Shown one piece after another: positions 17,301-31,592 of a DNA stretch of 64,000 nt. The DNA lies in assembly GCA_951406725.2 (NCBI GenBank), contig OX597841.1, positions 12,958,001 to 13,022,000 of the forward strand, in the 5' to 3' direction. Below the pieces are notes generated by a model. It made no database searches. It was given only the letters and a program-made list of their open reading frames with translations, and was not told where the DNA came from. Source of the DNA: Octopus vulgaris. Its lineage: Eukaryota. Position 1 is the stretch's first letter. Each line of letters opens with the position of its first letter. Made by a program: the position numbers and the translations under genes.

Positions 17301-20300
17301 ACATTCACACATCATACATACATCACACATACATACATTCACACATACATACATTCATACATCATACATTCATACATTCACACATACATACATACATTCA
17401 CACATACATCATACATTCACATACATACATTCACACATACATTACATACAACATACATACATTCACACATACATACATTCATACATTCACACATACATTC
17501 ATACATTCACACATACATTCATACATTCACACATACATTCATACATTCACACATACATACACACACACATACATACATACATACACACATACATTCATAC
17601 ATTCACACATACATTCATACATTCACACATACATTCATACATTCACACATACATACATACATTCACACATACATTCACACATACATACACACATACATTC
17701 ATACATTCACACATACATATCATACATTCACATACATTCATACATTCACATTCATACATACATACATACATCACACATACATTCACATCATACATTCACA
17801 CACATACATTCATACATTCACACATACATTCATACATTCACACATACATACATACATTCATACATTCACATACATACATACATACATTCATACATTCACA
17901 TACATCATACATTCACACATACATTCATACATACACACATACATTCACATTCACACATACATACATACATACATTCACATACATACATCATACATTCACA
18001 CATACATTCATACATACATACATTCACATACATCATACATACATACATTCATACATTCACACATACATACATACATACACATACATTCACACATACATTC
18101 ATACACATACATTCACATTCAACATACATTCATACATTCACACATACATTCATACATTCACACATACATTCATACATTCACACATACATACATACATTCA
18201 CACATACATTCACACATACATTCACATCACACATACATTCATACATTCACACATACATACAACATACATACATTCACACATACATTCATACATTCACACA
18301 TACATCATACATTCACACATACATTCATACATACATACACACATACATTCATATACATTCACACATACATACATACATTCACACATACATTCATACATTC
18401 ATACATACACACATACATTCATACATTCACACATACATTCATACATACATACATACATTCATACATTCACACATACATTCATACATTCACACATACATAC
18501 ATACATTCACACATACATACATACATACATTCACACATACATTCATACATTCACACATACATTCACATTCATACATTCATACATTCACACATACATTCAT
18601 ACATTCACACATACATTCACACATACATACATACATACATTCACATCACACATACATTCATACATTCACACATACATTCATACATTCACACATACATTCA
18701 TACATTCACACATACATTCATACATTCACACATACATACATTCATACATTCACACATACATTCATACATTCACACATACATACATTCATACATTCACACA
18801 TACATTCATACATTCACACATACATTCATACATTCACACATACATACATACATTCACACATACATTCATACATTCACACATACATTCACACATACATACA
18901 CACATACATTCATACATTCACACATACATTCATACATTCACACATACATTCATACATTCACACATACATACATACATTCATACATACATACATACATTCA
19001 TACATACATTCATACATACATTCACATACATACATACATACATACATTCACATACATTCATACATTCACACATACATACATACATTCATACATTCACACA
19101 TACATACATACATTCACACATACATACATACATTCACACATACATACATACATTCACACATACATACATACATTCACACATACATACATACATACATTCA
19201 CACATACATACATACATTCACACATACATACATTCACACATACATACATACATTCACACATACATACATACATTCATACATACATACATACATTCATACA
19301 TACATACATTCACACATACATTCACACATACATACATTCATACATTCACACATACATACATACATACATACATTCATACATTCACACATACATTCATACA
19401 TTCACACATACATACATACATTCACACATACATTCACACATACATACATACATTCATACACACATACATACATACATACATACATTCATACATTCACACA
19501 TACATACATACATACATACATACATACATACATACATACATTCATACATTCACACATACATTCATACATTCACACATACATACATACATTCACACATACA
19601 TTCATACATACATACATACATTCATACATTCACATACATACATACATACATTCATACATTCACACATACATACATACATTCACACATACATACATACATT
19701 CACACATACATTCACACATACATACATACATACATTCATACATTCACACATACATACATACATACATACATTCATACATTCACACATACATTCATACATT
19801 CACACATACATACATACATTCACACATTCACACATACATACACATACATTCATACATTCACACATACATACATACATTCATACATTCACACATACATACA
19901 TTCACACATACATACATACATTCACACATACATTCACACATACATACATACATACATTCATACATTCACACATACATACATACATACATACATTCATACA
20001 TTCACACATACATTCATACATTCACACATACATTCATACATTCACACATACATTCACACATACATACATACATTCACACATACATACATACATTCACACA
20101 TACATACATACATTCACACATACATTCACACATACATACATACATTCACACATACATACATACATTCACACATACATACATACATTCACACATACATACA
20201 TACATTCACACATACATACATACATTCACACATACATTCATACATTCACACATACATACATACATACATACATACATTCATACATACATACATACATACA

Positions 20301-21589
20301 TACACATACATACATTCATACATACATACATACACATACATACATACATACATACATACATTCATACATACATACATACACATACATACATACATACATA
20401 CATACATTCACACATACATACATACATTCATACATACATACATACATTCACACATACATACATACATTCATACATACATTCACACATACATTCATACATT
20501 CACACATACATACATACATTCACACATACATACATACATTCATACATACATTCACACATACATACATACATTCATACATACATACATACATTCACACATA
20601 CATACATACATTCACACATACATACATACATTCACACATACATTCATACATACATACATACATACATACATACATACATACATACATACATACATACATA
20701 CACATACATACATTCATACATACATACATACATACATACACATACATACATACATACATACATACATACATACATACATACATACATACATACATACATA
20801 CATACATTCACACATACATACATACATTCACACATACATACATTCACACATACATTCACACATACATTCATACATTCACACATACATACATACATTCACA
20901 CATACATTCATACATACATACATTCACACATACATTCACACATACATACATACATTCATACATACATACATACATTCACACATACATTCATACATACATA
21001 CATTCACACATACATACATACATTCACACATACATACATACATTCACACATACATACATACATACACACATACATACATACATTCACACATACATACATA
21101 CATATATACATACATTCATACATACATACATACATACATACATACATTCACACATACATTCATACATACATTCATACATACATTCATACATACATTCATA
21201 CATATATACATACATTCATACATATATACATACATTCATACATACATACATACATACATACATACATTCACACATACATTCATACATACATTCATACATA
21301 CATTCATACATATATACATACATTCACACATACATTCATACATACATTCATACATATATACCTACATTCATACATACATACATACATACATACATACATA
21401 CATTCATACATACATACATTCACACATACATTCATACATACATTCATACATACATTCATACATACATTCATACATATATACATACATTCGTACATACATA
21501 CATTCATACATACATTCATACATTCACACATACATACATTCACACATACATACATTCATACATACATTCATACATACACACATACATAC
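11317..21589. repeat. Compound CATA/CATT/CACA satellite, copy 2 (~10.3 kb)
   Basis: Same units as 1-8020. ~17200-18700 has many single-base register slips suggestive of consensus noise. Confidence 0.99.
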
Positions 21590-21712
21590 ATGTAATAACT
21601 CCTGTGATATAGTTTGCGTTTATTTTTGCCGCTGTCATTCCAACCATGACCATCCGGTGTTTTCCCTTCAACGAAAGCTGCACTACATTATCCACTGCGT
21701 CACGTTTTAAAA
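21590..21712 (-). CDS. Second copy of the 123-nt candidate exon ((x)LKRDAVDN...YITGVIT; V/L difference)
   Basis: ctctgcag|TTTTAAAACG...ATTACAT|gtatgt; one substitution versus 8021-8143. Confidence 0.55.
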
Positions 21713-23743
21713 CTGCAGAGCGACATATAAGAATATGTATGAATGTGTGAATGTATGTATGAATGCATGTATGTATGTATATATGTATGTATGTGTGTAT
21801 GTATGTATATATGTATGCATTTATTTATGTATGTATGAATGCATGTTTGTATATATGTATGTACGTATGTATGGTGTCTTCTATTTTTTTAACTATTATA
21901 AATCTTCCACTGAGGAGGGACCCTGTTTCCAACAAAGATACATGGTTCCATCTTTGTGATGTAGTTAACACAGATGTATGTATGTATACACGTATAGGTG
22001 CGTGTCTGTGTATATTTACGTGTGATTTCAGACATGGATCTTCCACTTTTGTAATGGTTTTTAAGTTTTTGTTTTGGAATGTTTTCACTTCTAAATATCT
22101 TTACTGAAACTGACATAAAATTGGATAAGTCAACTGAATTTGAGGTTAATTTGTTTCCCATTAATAGAATAAGAAATGAGGAAAGCTTCTAACGATACAG
22201 AAATGAAAATAAAAAAACCTTTACATATCATCATCATCATCATCATCATCGTTTAACGTCCACTTTCCATGCTAGCATGGGTTGGACGATTTTGACGTAG
22301 GACTGGCGAACCAGATGGCTGCACCAGGCTCCAGTCTGATCTGGCAGTGTTTCTACAGCTGGATGCCCTTCCTAACGCCAACCACTCCGAGAGTGTAGTG
22401 GGTGCTTTTTACGTGCCACCTGCAGAGGGGCCAGGGGAGGCTGGCAAATGGCCACGATCGGTTGGTGCTTTTACGTGTCACTGACATGGACGCTTTTTCT
22501 ATATAAAGTTTGTGAATGTATATTTGACTGAAATACATACAAAAATTTTATTCAAAGGAATTTTTCTACATACAGTGTGTATGTATTTTTGACTGAAGCA
22601 CAAAATTTTATTCAAATAATTTTTCTATAAAGTTTGTATAAGATTTTGATTAAAATACACATAATTTTATTCAAAGTACACATTTTATATAAAGTGTATG
22701 GACATATATTTGACTAAAACGAATTTAATTTTATTCAGAAGACTTTTTCTACACAGTGTATATATATTTTTGACTAAAATATATAATTTTATTCAAAGGA
22801 CTTTTTCTACATACAGTATATACGTATTTTTGACAAAAACACAAAATTTTATTCAAATGACTTTTCCACACAGGGTATGTATATATTTTGACTAAAATAC
22901 ATATAATTCTATTGAAAAGACTTCTACATACAGTAGGTGTATATTTTTCATTGAGTTATAGAGAATTTTATTCAAAGAATTATTTCCTCTACGCTGTATA
23001 TATATTTTTTACTGAAATACATATTTTATTCAAAAGACTTTTATATATAGCATGTATATATTTTTTACTAAAATATATGTGAATTTATTCTCAAGATTTT
23101 GTTTATATATAGTGTGTCTGTAGTAAAACAATTTAATTTTAATCAAAGGTCTTTTTCTACATACAGTGTTTTTTTGACTAAAATACAAATAACTTTATTC
23201 AAATGATTTTTTTTCTTCGTTGAGTGTGTATATAACTTTGATTGAATTACTCTTAATTTTACACAAAGAACTTCTTCAACATAGAGTGTGTATATATATT
23301 TTGATGGAAATATAATTTTATTCAAATGAATTTTTCTGCATACAATGTACATATAGTTTTTGATTACATACATACATACATACATATGTATGTATTGAGA
23401 TATATATATATATAATATATAAACAATTGCAGCGTAGAAGGTGTTTGTAAGCCATTCAAGAAACACACAAAAGGCGTGCGATTCACTTCAACATTTAAGT
23501 TTAATTTGTCAAAATATTTTCGTTGCTAAAATCCGCAACCCGTTCACTACGGATGTTTGTCAGTGAACAGGTCGCGGATTTTAGCGACGAAAATATTTTG
23601 ACAAATTAAACTTAAATGTTGAAGTGAATCGAACGGCTTTTGTGTGTTTCTTAAATGGCTTATAAACACCTTCCACGCTGCAATTGTTTTCGTTTCAGCA
23701 CACGATCTCAGATCAAATTACTTGCTATGCGAGTACATCTCCG

Positions 23744-23803
<60 letters not shown>

Positions 23804-24110
23804 CAGTATGTAGATAGGGTTATATATATATATATATGTGTGACTACGGTCTCATATATGTCTGTATATAGACAGTTGCAACACTCCTGTCACAACCTGG
23901 GACCTTGAAGACTGCTTGAATGCAAGAAAGTATACTAGTCCCTTAATATTTGATATTCGATATTTCATCTATTCAATATGACAATCAATACTTCATTTCT
24001 TTTTTACTATATATATATACTATTTATACTATATATTCTATATTCTACATTAATATTATAAAGAATATAAATAAAACACGTAAAAAACAGACAGAGTTGG
24101 AATTTCTTTG

Positions 24111-24181
<71 letters not shown>

Positions 24182-24359
24182 ATCAGTTAAAATAAACGAA
24201 TGAAACTAATGGACGAGAGGAGGAGAAGAAGTGTGTTATGCTGAGGTTTGGTGAAAAGAGAGAGTTTGATGTTTTGAGCTTAGCTCTTTGTTGGAAAGGA
24301 GAAGGGGAAAAGTCCTAAGAAGAGAAAGGAATCACCAAGTGGTGGACAAACGAAAGAAA
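21590..24359. repeat. Duplicate of 8021-11216
   Basis: Collinear and near-identical; copy 1 stops at the gap exactly where copy 2 continues (GGACAAACGAAAGAAA). Confidence 0.97.
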
Positions 24360-24571
24360 AAAGGCACTCAACATATTTACTATGTACTATGTACTCAACA
24401 TATTTACATGTACTATTTAAAACGGTTTGATTCAGTCCCATGTGGTAATCAAAAGCCTGAAAGAAATGAGCTTCTGTTAGGGGCCAGCTGAACATTTAGT
24501 CGCATGGAACCAGACCAAAGTGTTTTCAATAATATATATATGGTGTCTTCTTCAAATTAATCTAAATTAAT

Positions 24572-24757
24572 CTAATCTTCTAATTTCTTGCTCCCTTTTT
24601 TTGGTTTTGGTCTTTTCTTTGAGAAAGCAACAACCGTCTTGAGTTTGGTCAGCTTCACCTGGCCTTGCCAAACTCTCGGGTATTGTGACCGGCCCTTGCT
24701 GCTTATTTTACTGGACACTTGCTTTGGCATTTTCCCAGACTTGCTCTCGTGTTGTTC
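24572..24757 (-). CDS. Probable terminal coding exon of the host gene: EQHESKSGKMPKQVSSKISSKGRSQYPRVWQGQVKLTKLKTVVAFSKKRPKPKKGSKKLED*
   Basis: Acceptor ttttattctgttttccag|GAA; phase-0 frame open to TAG; phase-compatible with exon 36226-36117. Confidence 0.55.
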   Translation of the reverse strand, partial: EQHESKSGKMPKQVSSKISSKGRSQYPRVWQGQVKLTKLKTVVAFSKKRPKPKKGSKKLED

Positions 24758-25299
24758 CTGGAAAACAGAATAAAACGCAGCGTGATGTAACATATTGTGT
24801 AAAATGATATAAAGTTGGGTATGTATCGGTCAAACATTGGCCCCCGACCATGTCTGATTTAATAGCAACACTTGATAGAATCTGCTAAGTCATGTATAAG
24901 AGTGCACAGCCGATGGTATACTGACCAGTAAAAGAGTTTTGTACTTTCTTTTCAATGATGACGTTTGAATGAAATAAAATCTTCTACCGATTACACCTGT
25001 ATTTTAATTAATTCAAATTAATGTACCTCATCTTGAAAAATGTAAAATTGTTGGCGGTTGACATCTGGGATAATTTTAGTAACAAATCAAACAGGTAAGA
25101 TGTATTAAGAATATGAATTTTAGCGTTTATTCATAATGTTATTGTTTTTACACCTGTTAATTAAATTTACCTGCCCATAAAAGTCAAATTTAGTCAGAAA
25201 GATCAGCTAAAATTATGTAATTATAAACCACTGGCATATAAGCACCTATTTACAAAGTTTTAAATCTGTATGTGGAAAATTAACAAAGTTACAAGTAAA

Positions 25300-25395
25300 T
25301 ATTGTGGCCACCCCTCTTGAACGTGAATAAATCAAAATTAATGTGAACAGATAAGCATTACATTTGACAAATTAATCTGAACACTAAACGGTTAA
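25300..25395 (-). mobile_element. piggyBac-like MITE end
   Basis: Minus strand TTAA-CCGTTTAGTGTTCAGATT..., a TTAA-flanked terminus; partner end not identified. Confidence 0.35.
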
Positions 25396-25424
25396 GTTTA
25401 ATTTTGTGGTATCGTGACCCATTC

Positions 25425-25785
25425 AAGTCAGGAGTTGTCATTGACTGAGATGTATCCAGGTAGAGATGGCTTATCTGGTATCCCTTGAAGAAATTTCATT
25501 TGAAGGTGATAGTGTCTTTTTCTTCTTTGATCTGTTTTGGGATAATGCTCTCTAGAGCAGGGTCTGTTGAGGAAAAGAAATTGTGTTGCAGTGTATTTAT
25601 GAGCTGTGATCCTGAATTGTGGAGAGGGTGTAAGGCATGCGACCCCAGCCTTGGATAAATTCTGAATTTGATGTGGAATTTGGGCAACGCTGGTCATATA
25701 TTCTCCACATTGGCAAATGATGTTGTGCTCATGGTGGTGCTGGATAGAACAGAGTTTCAATGTTTCAAAGTTGTCCCAATGTAAT
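25425..25785 (-). mobile_element. Decayed CR1-like LINE ORF2 C-terminal fragment
   Basis: Remnants ETLKLCSIQ...KFLQGIPDKPSLPGY..NS parallel the ORF ends at 27130-27760 and 47410-48115. Confidence 0.6.
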
Positions 25786-26013
25786 AGAAATGAAATTGTG
25801 AAATATAAGTGAAATCATGAAATCTTAGTTGTGGCTAATGCTAGTGCCATCAGACTGGCACCTGTGCTGGTGGCACATAAAATGTATTGTTTGAGTGTTG
25901 GGCCTCATGGAGGCAGTGACAGGTGACCAAGACCCTTGGTGACATACCATTCTCGTGTAGCCCTGTCAAACCAAGTGAGACTGTAGTTGTGGCCGATGCT
26001 GGTGTTAGGTCAA

Positions 26014-26273
26014 TTCTTTATGGATTGCGGTTCTTTGACGGAGTGATATTCCTGTTTGGCCAATATAATTATTACCACACCTTAAGCATGTAATGGCATA
26101 GATTAGATTTCCCAAGGCACAGGTGAAATTTGATTTGACCTTAAATATTTCACCTTGTTTAAAGTGGAATTCTGAACCCTCCAAAAGGTGGGGGCATGTA
26201 CCACAGTTAGGTCAACCACATTTTTTCACTTTAGGTTCTGTTTTTATGGATATAGTCTTGCGCTGGTGAACTT
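26014..26273 (-). mobile_element. Penelope-like element fragment: Cys-rich linker plus GIY-YIG endonuclease start (pseudogenised)
   Basis: Manual translation: KFTSARLY / KTEPKVKKCG*PNCGTCPHLLEGSEFHFKQGEIFKVKSNFTCALGNLIYAITCLRCGNNYIGQTGISLRQRTAIHKE (LIY...CxxC...YIGQT...R...H). Confidence 0.85.
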
Positions 26274-26353
26274 TACAGTAGGAAATTTTCCAATTTCTTC
26301 AAAGAAACAAAAATACTCTGGTTAAATGAAATAGAAATTTCATGTCAGCTTAC

Positions 26354-26442
26354 CATCCTGCTGATTCAGTAATCTTTTCTTCCCCATTGATGAAATTAGC
26401 CTGGAGTTTCTCGTAATTACTTAGACGCTCTCGGATGAGTGT
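26354..26442 (-). CDS. Candidate 89-nt cassette exon, phase 0-2: TLIRERLSNYEKLQANFINGEEKITESAG
   Basis: aaatag|ACACTC...GCAGGATG|gtaagc; single open frame; strong donor, weak acceptor. Confidence 0.35.
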
Positions 26443-26549
26443 CTATTTAATATTGGGAGATAACTTTTTTCTCCAAGTTCATTATCTATTACATGTTAGT
26501 GTGTTTACGTCCCTATAACTTAGCGGTACAGCAAAAGAGTCCAATAGAA

Positions 26550-26620
26550 TAAAATCATGATTAACTGATCCTCCTGGATTTTCTTTTACCCAAGGCCAAG
26601 AACTTTTCAGCCCCACCCAC
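26550..26620. mobile_element. Mariner-derived MITE end (same family as 29312-29932 and 45308-45515)
   Basis: ATAAAATCATGATTAACTGATCCTCC...GCCAAGAACTTTTCAGCCCC. Confidence 0.6.
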
Positions 26621-27019
26621 ATGTGTGTATATACATATACATACATACATCCATCCATCCATCCATACATACATACATACGTACATACACATATATACAT
26701 ATATATATGTATAATGAGAAAGAGAGAGAGAGAGAGATGCACACACACACATACATGCGTATGTGTGTCTAATTAGCTAATTAAAAGGTCAGTTTATAAC
26801 TCCAATCCTGACTGCAATATTTTTAATTACTTTTCTTCTACAATAAATGTAATTACATATTTAACGAAGATAGTCTCTAATACAGACTCAATTAATTAAA
26901 CTGAATTGAATGTGGCTTTTAAATATAATGAGCTTTGTGACATCTGCTCTAATTTGATTTTCATATATTTACTTCATACATACATGACAACTTAGATACA
27001 TGTACACACACACTTATAT

Positions 27020-27760
<741 letters not shown>

Positions 27761-27839
27761 TGAAGCAGATCACAGTTTGTGAAATTGGGGATCAATGAAA
27801 CGAAAGGAATCATATAAGAATATAGGAGTATATCTATTT

Positions 27840-27881
<42 letters not shown>

Positions 27882-27882
27882 G

Positions 27883-27938
<56 letters not shown>

Positions 27939-28033
27939 CACACACATATATATATACATATATATATACATACATATATATATACATATATATATATATA
28001 CATACACATATATATATATATACATACATACAT

Positions 28034-28065
<32 letters not shown>

Positions 28066-28078
28066 CATACATATATAT

Positions 28079-28123
<45 letters not shown>

Positions 28124-28332
28124 TATATATATATATACATATATATATACATACATATATATATATATATATATAAAATAAAATACAAAATGGGACAAGA
28201 GCGCAAAACATCTGGACAACTAGGGACAACAAAACATCCAGATGGATGATACAAAAAAAACAAGGATGGGTCATTCAAAGCCTTTTATTCTCAGTCAAGA
28301 ACTGGATCATCCTCACAATTTTGGCTGATTAA

Positions 28333-28380
<48 letters not shown>

Positions 28381-28560
28381 TGGGGAAAAAAGTCAAGACA
28401 GAAAATACTAAAATAATTTTATAAAGAACATTTTAGTACCGGTTTCAGTCATTTAAACTTTCTCAACTGTAAGTATGGAAAACAATTAAATTTTGGGAAA
28501 ATTAAAAGAAAAGTTTTTCTAAAAGAATATTTGGAAGTATTCAAATACAAGGGTCATTTT
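28381..28560 (-). mobile_element. (TA)n-embedded element with a U3-A8 hammerhead-like motif at 28434-28469; same family as 57705-57895
   Basis: Minus strand CAG [TTGAGAA] AGTT-taaat-GACT [GAAA] CCGG [TA] CTA; flanks align by eye to 57705-57895. Confidence 0.55.
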
Positions 28561-28654
28561 CCTTGTATCTGCCTGTTTCTGTCTCTCTTGTTTACTCTTG
28601 TGAGTCAACATAAGCACAGTATATCACTAAAGGTCTTGGTCACCTGTCACTGCC

Positions 28655-29140
28655 TCCATGGGGTCCAATGCTTGAATGGTTTGGTCATGTGATGTGGATG
28701 GATGCTGACAGCCCTATGAAGAGGTGCTGAGCTCTCAAAGTAGATGAAACACGTGGGAGTGGAGGACCCAGGAAGACATGGGATGAAGTATTGAAGAACA
28801 GCCTCAGAACACTGAACCTTTAAGGTGAGATAAGAAAGGCCCAGGATACCTGGCACCTTACTGTACTCGCATCCCACGGCAGAAGTGTTAAGACTGGTCC
28901 CTTGGGTAGTGAAAATCACCTGTGGCAGTGTCACATGAAAGCGCCCAGTGGCACTCTGTAAACAGGTTGGCGTTAGGAAGGGCATCCAGCTGTAGAAACC
29001 ATGCCAAATCAGACTGGAGCCTGGTGCAGCCCCTCAGCTTGCCAGCTCTGGTCAAAGCATCCAACCCATGCCAGCATGGACAGCAGGTATTAAATGATGA
29101 TGCTGATGACAACGATGATGATGATGATGATGATGATGAT
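28655..29140 (+). mobile_element. RTE-clade LINE 3' end (ORF tail, 3' UTR, (GAT)n)
   Basis: WFGHVMWMD...KVDETRGSGGPRKTWDEVLK-like remnant followed by GGCGTTAGGAAGGGCATCCAGC...CCAACCCATGCCAGCATGG...(GAT)n. Confidence 0.8.
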
Positions 29141-29311
29141 TATGGTTTTTTTTCAGTTGGTATCAGTCAAATCCACTCACAAGGCTTTGGTCAGCCCAAA
29201 GCTATAGTAGAGAACACCTGCCCAAGGTAGTGGGACTGAACCCAGAGCCTTGTGGTTGGGAAGCAAGCTCCTTACTACACAGCCACATAAATACACACAC
29301 ACACACACACA

Positions 29312-29932
29312 AGGGGATGTGCTGAAAAGTTCCTGGCTTCGGGTAAAAGAGAAAATAGAGGAGGATCTGTTAATTATGATTTTATTCAACAGGAGTGGCT
29401 GAGTGGTAAGTAGCTTGTTTACCAACCACATGGCTCCGGGTTCAGTCCCATTGCATGGCACCTTGGGCAAGTGTCTTCTACTATAGCCTTGGACCGACCA
29501 AAGCCTTGTGAGTGGATTTGGTAGACGGAAACTGAAAGAAGCCTGTCGTATATATGTATATATATATGTATGTGTGTGTGTGTTTGTGTGTCTGTGTTTG
29601 TCCCCCTAGCATTGCTTGACAACCGATGCTGGTGTGTTTATGTCCCCGTTACTTAGCAGTTCGGCAAAAGAGACCGATAGAATAAGTACTGGGCTTACAA
29701 AGAATAAGTCCCGGGGTCGAGTTGCTCGACTAAAGGCGGTGCTCCAGCATGGCCACAGTCAAATGACTGAAACATGTAAAAAAGTAAAGAGAGTATATTC
29801 CCTCTCAGATTCACACACTTATTGCAGGGGTCCTTCAGTTTTTCTAAGCCCTGTAAAAGAACTCAGAATGTTGGGCCTTCACAAAGGTCTTTTGCAACAC
29901 CTTCAAAGCCAGGAACTTTTCAGCATCCCCCT
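29312..29932. mobile_element. Mariner-derived MITE interrupted by a SINE
   Basis: TIRs GCTGAAAAGTTCCTGGCTT / AAGCCAGGAACTTTTCAGC; the halves rejoin to match the intact copy at 45308-45515. Confidence 0.75.
29391..29795 (+). mobile_element. tRNA-derived SINE family A (internal TA/TG microsatellite)
   Basis: Box A-like TGGCTGAGTGG, box B-like GGTTCAGTCCC, tail ...GACTGAAAC-(AAAGAGT)n. Other copies: 31100-31500 (+), 34120-34463 (-), 36365-36778 (-), 38445-38730 (+), 44837-45279 (+), 45885-46050 (-), 48270-48670 (-), plus fragments. Confidence 0.9.
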
Positions 29933-29954
29933 CCTCTCTGTGTGTGTGTGTATA

Positions 29955-30290
29955 CAGACCCCTTTGGTCACAAATGACCATAGGATTGCACCTAGAAACT
30001 TCTCCGAGGTACAAGTCCAGGGAAGGTTGTTTTTGGGAAGACCAGCATTTACCCATGCATGCCCACCGCCACTCTTCTCGCCACTGATGTTATCCAAGGG
30101 AAAGGCAAAGGGGGGGGGGACCAATACAGCTCCACACCAGTGATGTTGCAACTCATTTCTACAGCTGAGTGGAGCAACATGAAAATAAAGTGTCTTGCAC
30201 AAGAACACAACACACATCCCAGCCTGGGAATCGAACTCAGTACATTATGACTGTGAGTCCGATGCTCTAACCACCGAGCCATGTGCCTTC
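29955..30290 (-). mobile_element. tRNA-derived SINE family B
   Basis: Minus strand head TGGCTCGGTGGTTAGAGCATCGGACT...GAGTTCGATTCCC (box A/B). Confidence 0.7.
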
Positions 30291-31099
30291 ATATGTATAT
30301 GTATACATGACCAAAAAATAAGCAACAAGAATGGATCGGTAGTTTAGTACAATTGTTTCATACTATAAACAATTTATTAAAGCTGCAAATATTACAGCAA
30401 ATATAATGTCAAGTAATCTTCAGCTAATTTCATAAAGGTTTTCCAAACATCTTAGAGAATGTAAATATACTTATGAAGTTATAGATATGAGTTCCAGGAA
30501 CTTGAAGCAAGATTCCAAGCAGACCATATATGCTTTCCAACAATACAAAGTTATTAAATTAATTATTGACATCTCAGAGAAGATAAATCTACTCATAAAG
30601 ATGTGGATGTAAATTTCAAGAAACATGAGGAAAGATGCCGATCAGACCACGGTTAAGTTCGTATTTATATGTATACATGTATATATATATATATATATGC
30701 ATGTGTGTGCATGTGTATGTATGCATACAGACAGACAGACACACACACACACAGACAGACAGACACATGCATATATTGCAGTATGCATCTGTGAATGCAC
30801 TGGCATCAATGCAGATACGAATGCAGACGAGTATCGATGCATTTCTGTGTTCATGTGAGCAGAATGCGAACATGCGTCCATATGCACACATGCATGTTCT
30901 TTCTGCATATGTTAACACCAGCGAATTAAATTGCAGAGCAGCTGCATTCCTCAATACATAAATGGGACACGAGTATGCGCATTCGTTAACAATGCAATGT
31001 GCAGTCAATAGGATTTAATATTCCAGTGTATGTATATATGTATCTCCCACTCTCCCCCTCTCTCTCTCTCTATATATATATATGTGTGTGTGTGTGTAT

Positions 31100-31255
31100 A
31101 GGAGTGGCTGTGTGGTAAGTAGTTTGCTTACAACCATATAGTTCCAGGTTCAGTCCCACTGCATGGCATCTTGGGCAAATGTCTTCTGCTATAGTCTCGG
31201 GCCGACCAAAGCCTTGTGGGTGGATTTGGTAGATGAAAGAAGCCTGTCGTGTATG

Positions 31256-31286
<31 letters not shown>

Positions 31287-31500
31287 ATGTGTGTGTGTTT
31301 GTGTGTCTGTCCCCCCAACATCGCCTGACAACCGATGCTGGTCTGTTTACGCCCCTGTAACCTTAGTGGTTCGGCAAAAAAGAACAATAATTACTAGGTT
31401 TACAAACAATAAGTCCTGGGGGGGGGGCATTTGATTGACTAAAGGTGGTGCTCCAGCAAGGCAACACCCAAATGACTGAAACAAATAAAAAAAAAAAGAA
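31100..31500 (+). mobile_element. SINE family A copy
   Basis: Collinear with 29391-29795. Confidence 0.9.
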
Positions 31501-31557
31501 TGTATGCAAAAGCTGGTCTGTATACTCATAGGTGTGTGTATATGCATACATGAAGCT

Positions 31558-31592
<35 letters not shown>

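Noticed and set aside
11145-21710. 3521-aa and 3364-aa His/Thr/Ile/Tyr ORFs (and 891 aa at 2583-5258)
   Set aside because: Translation of a G-free tetranucleotide satellite that rarely forms stops; open in several frames at once, and one ORF spans an N gap.
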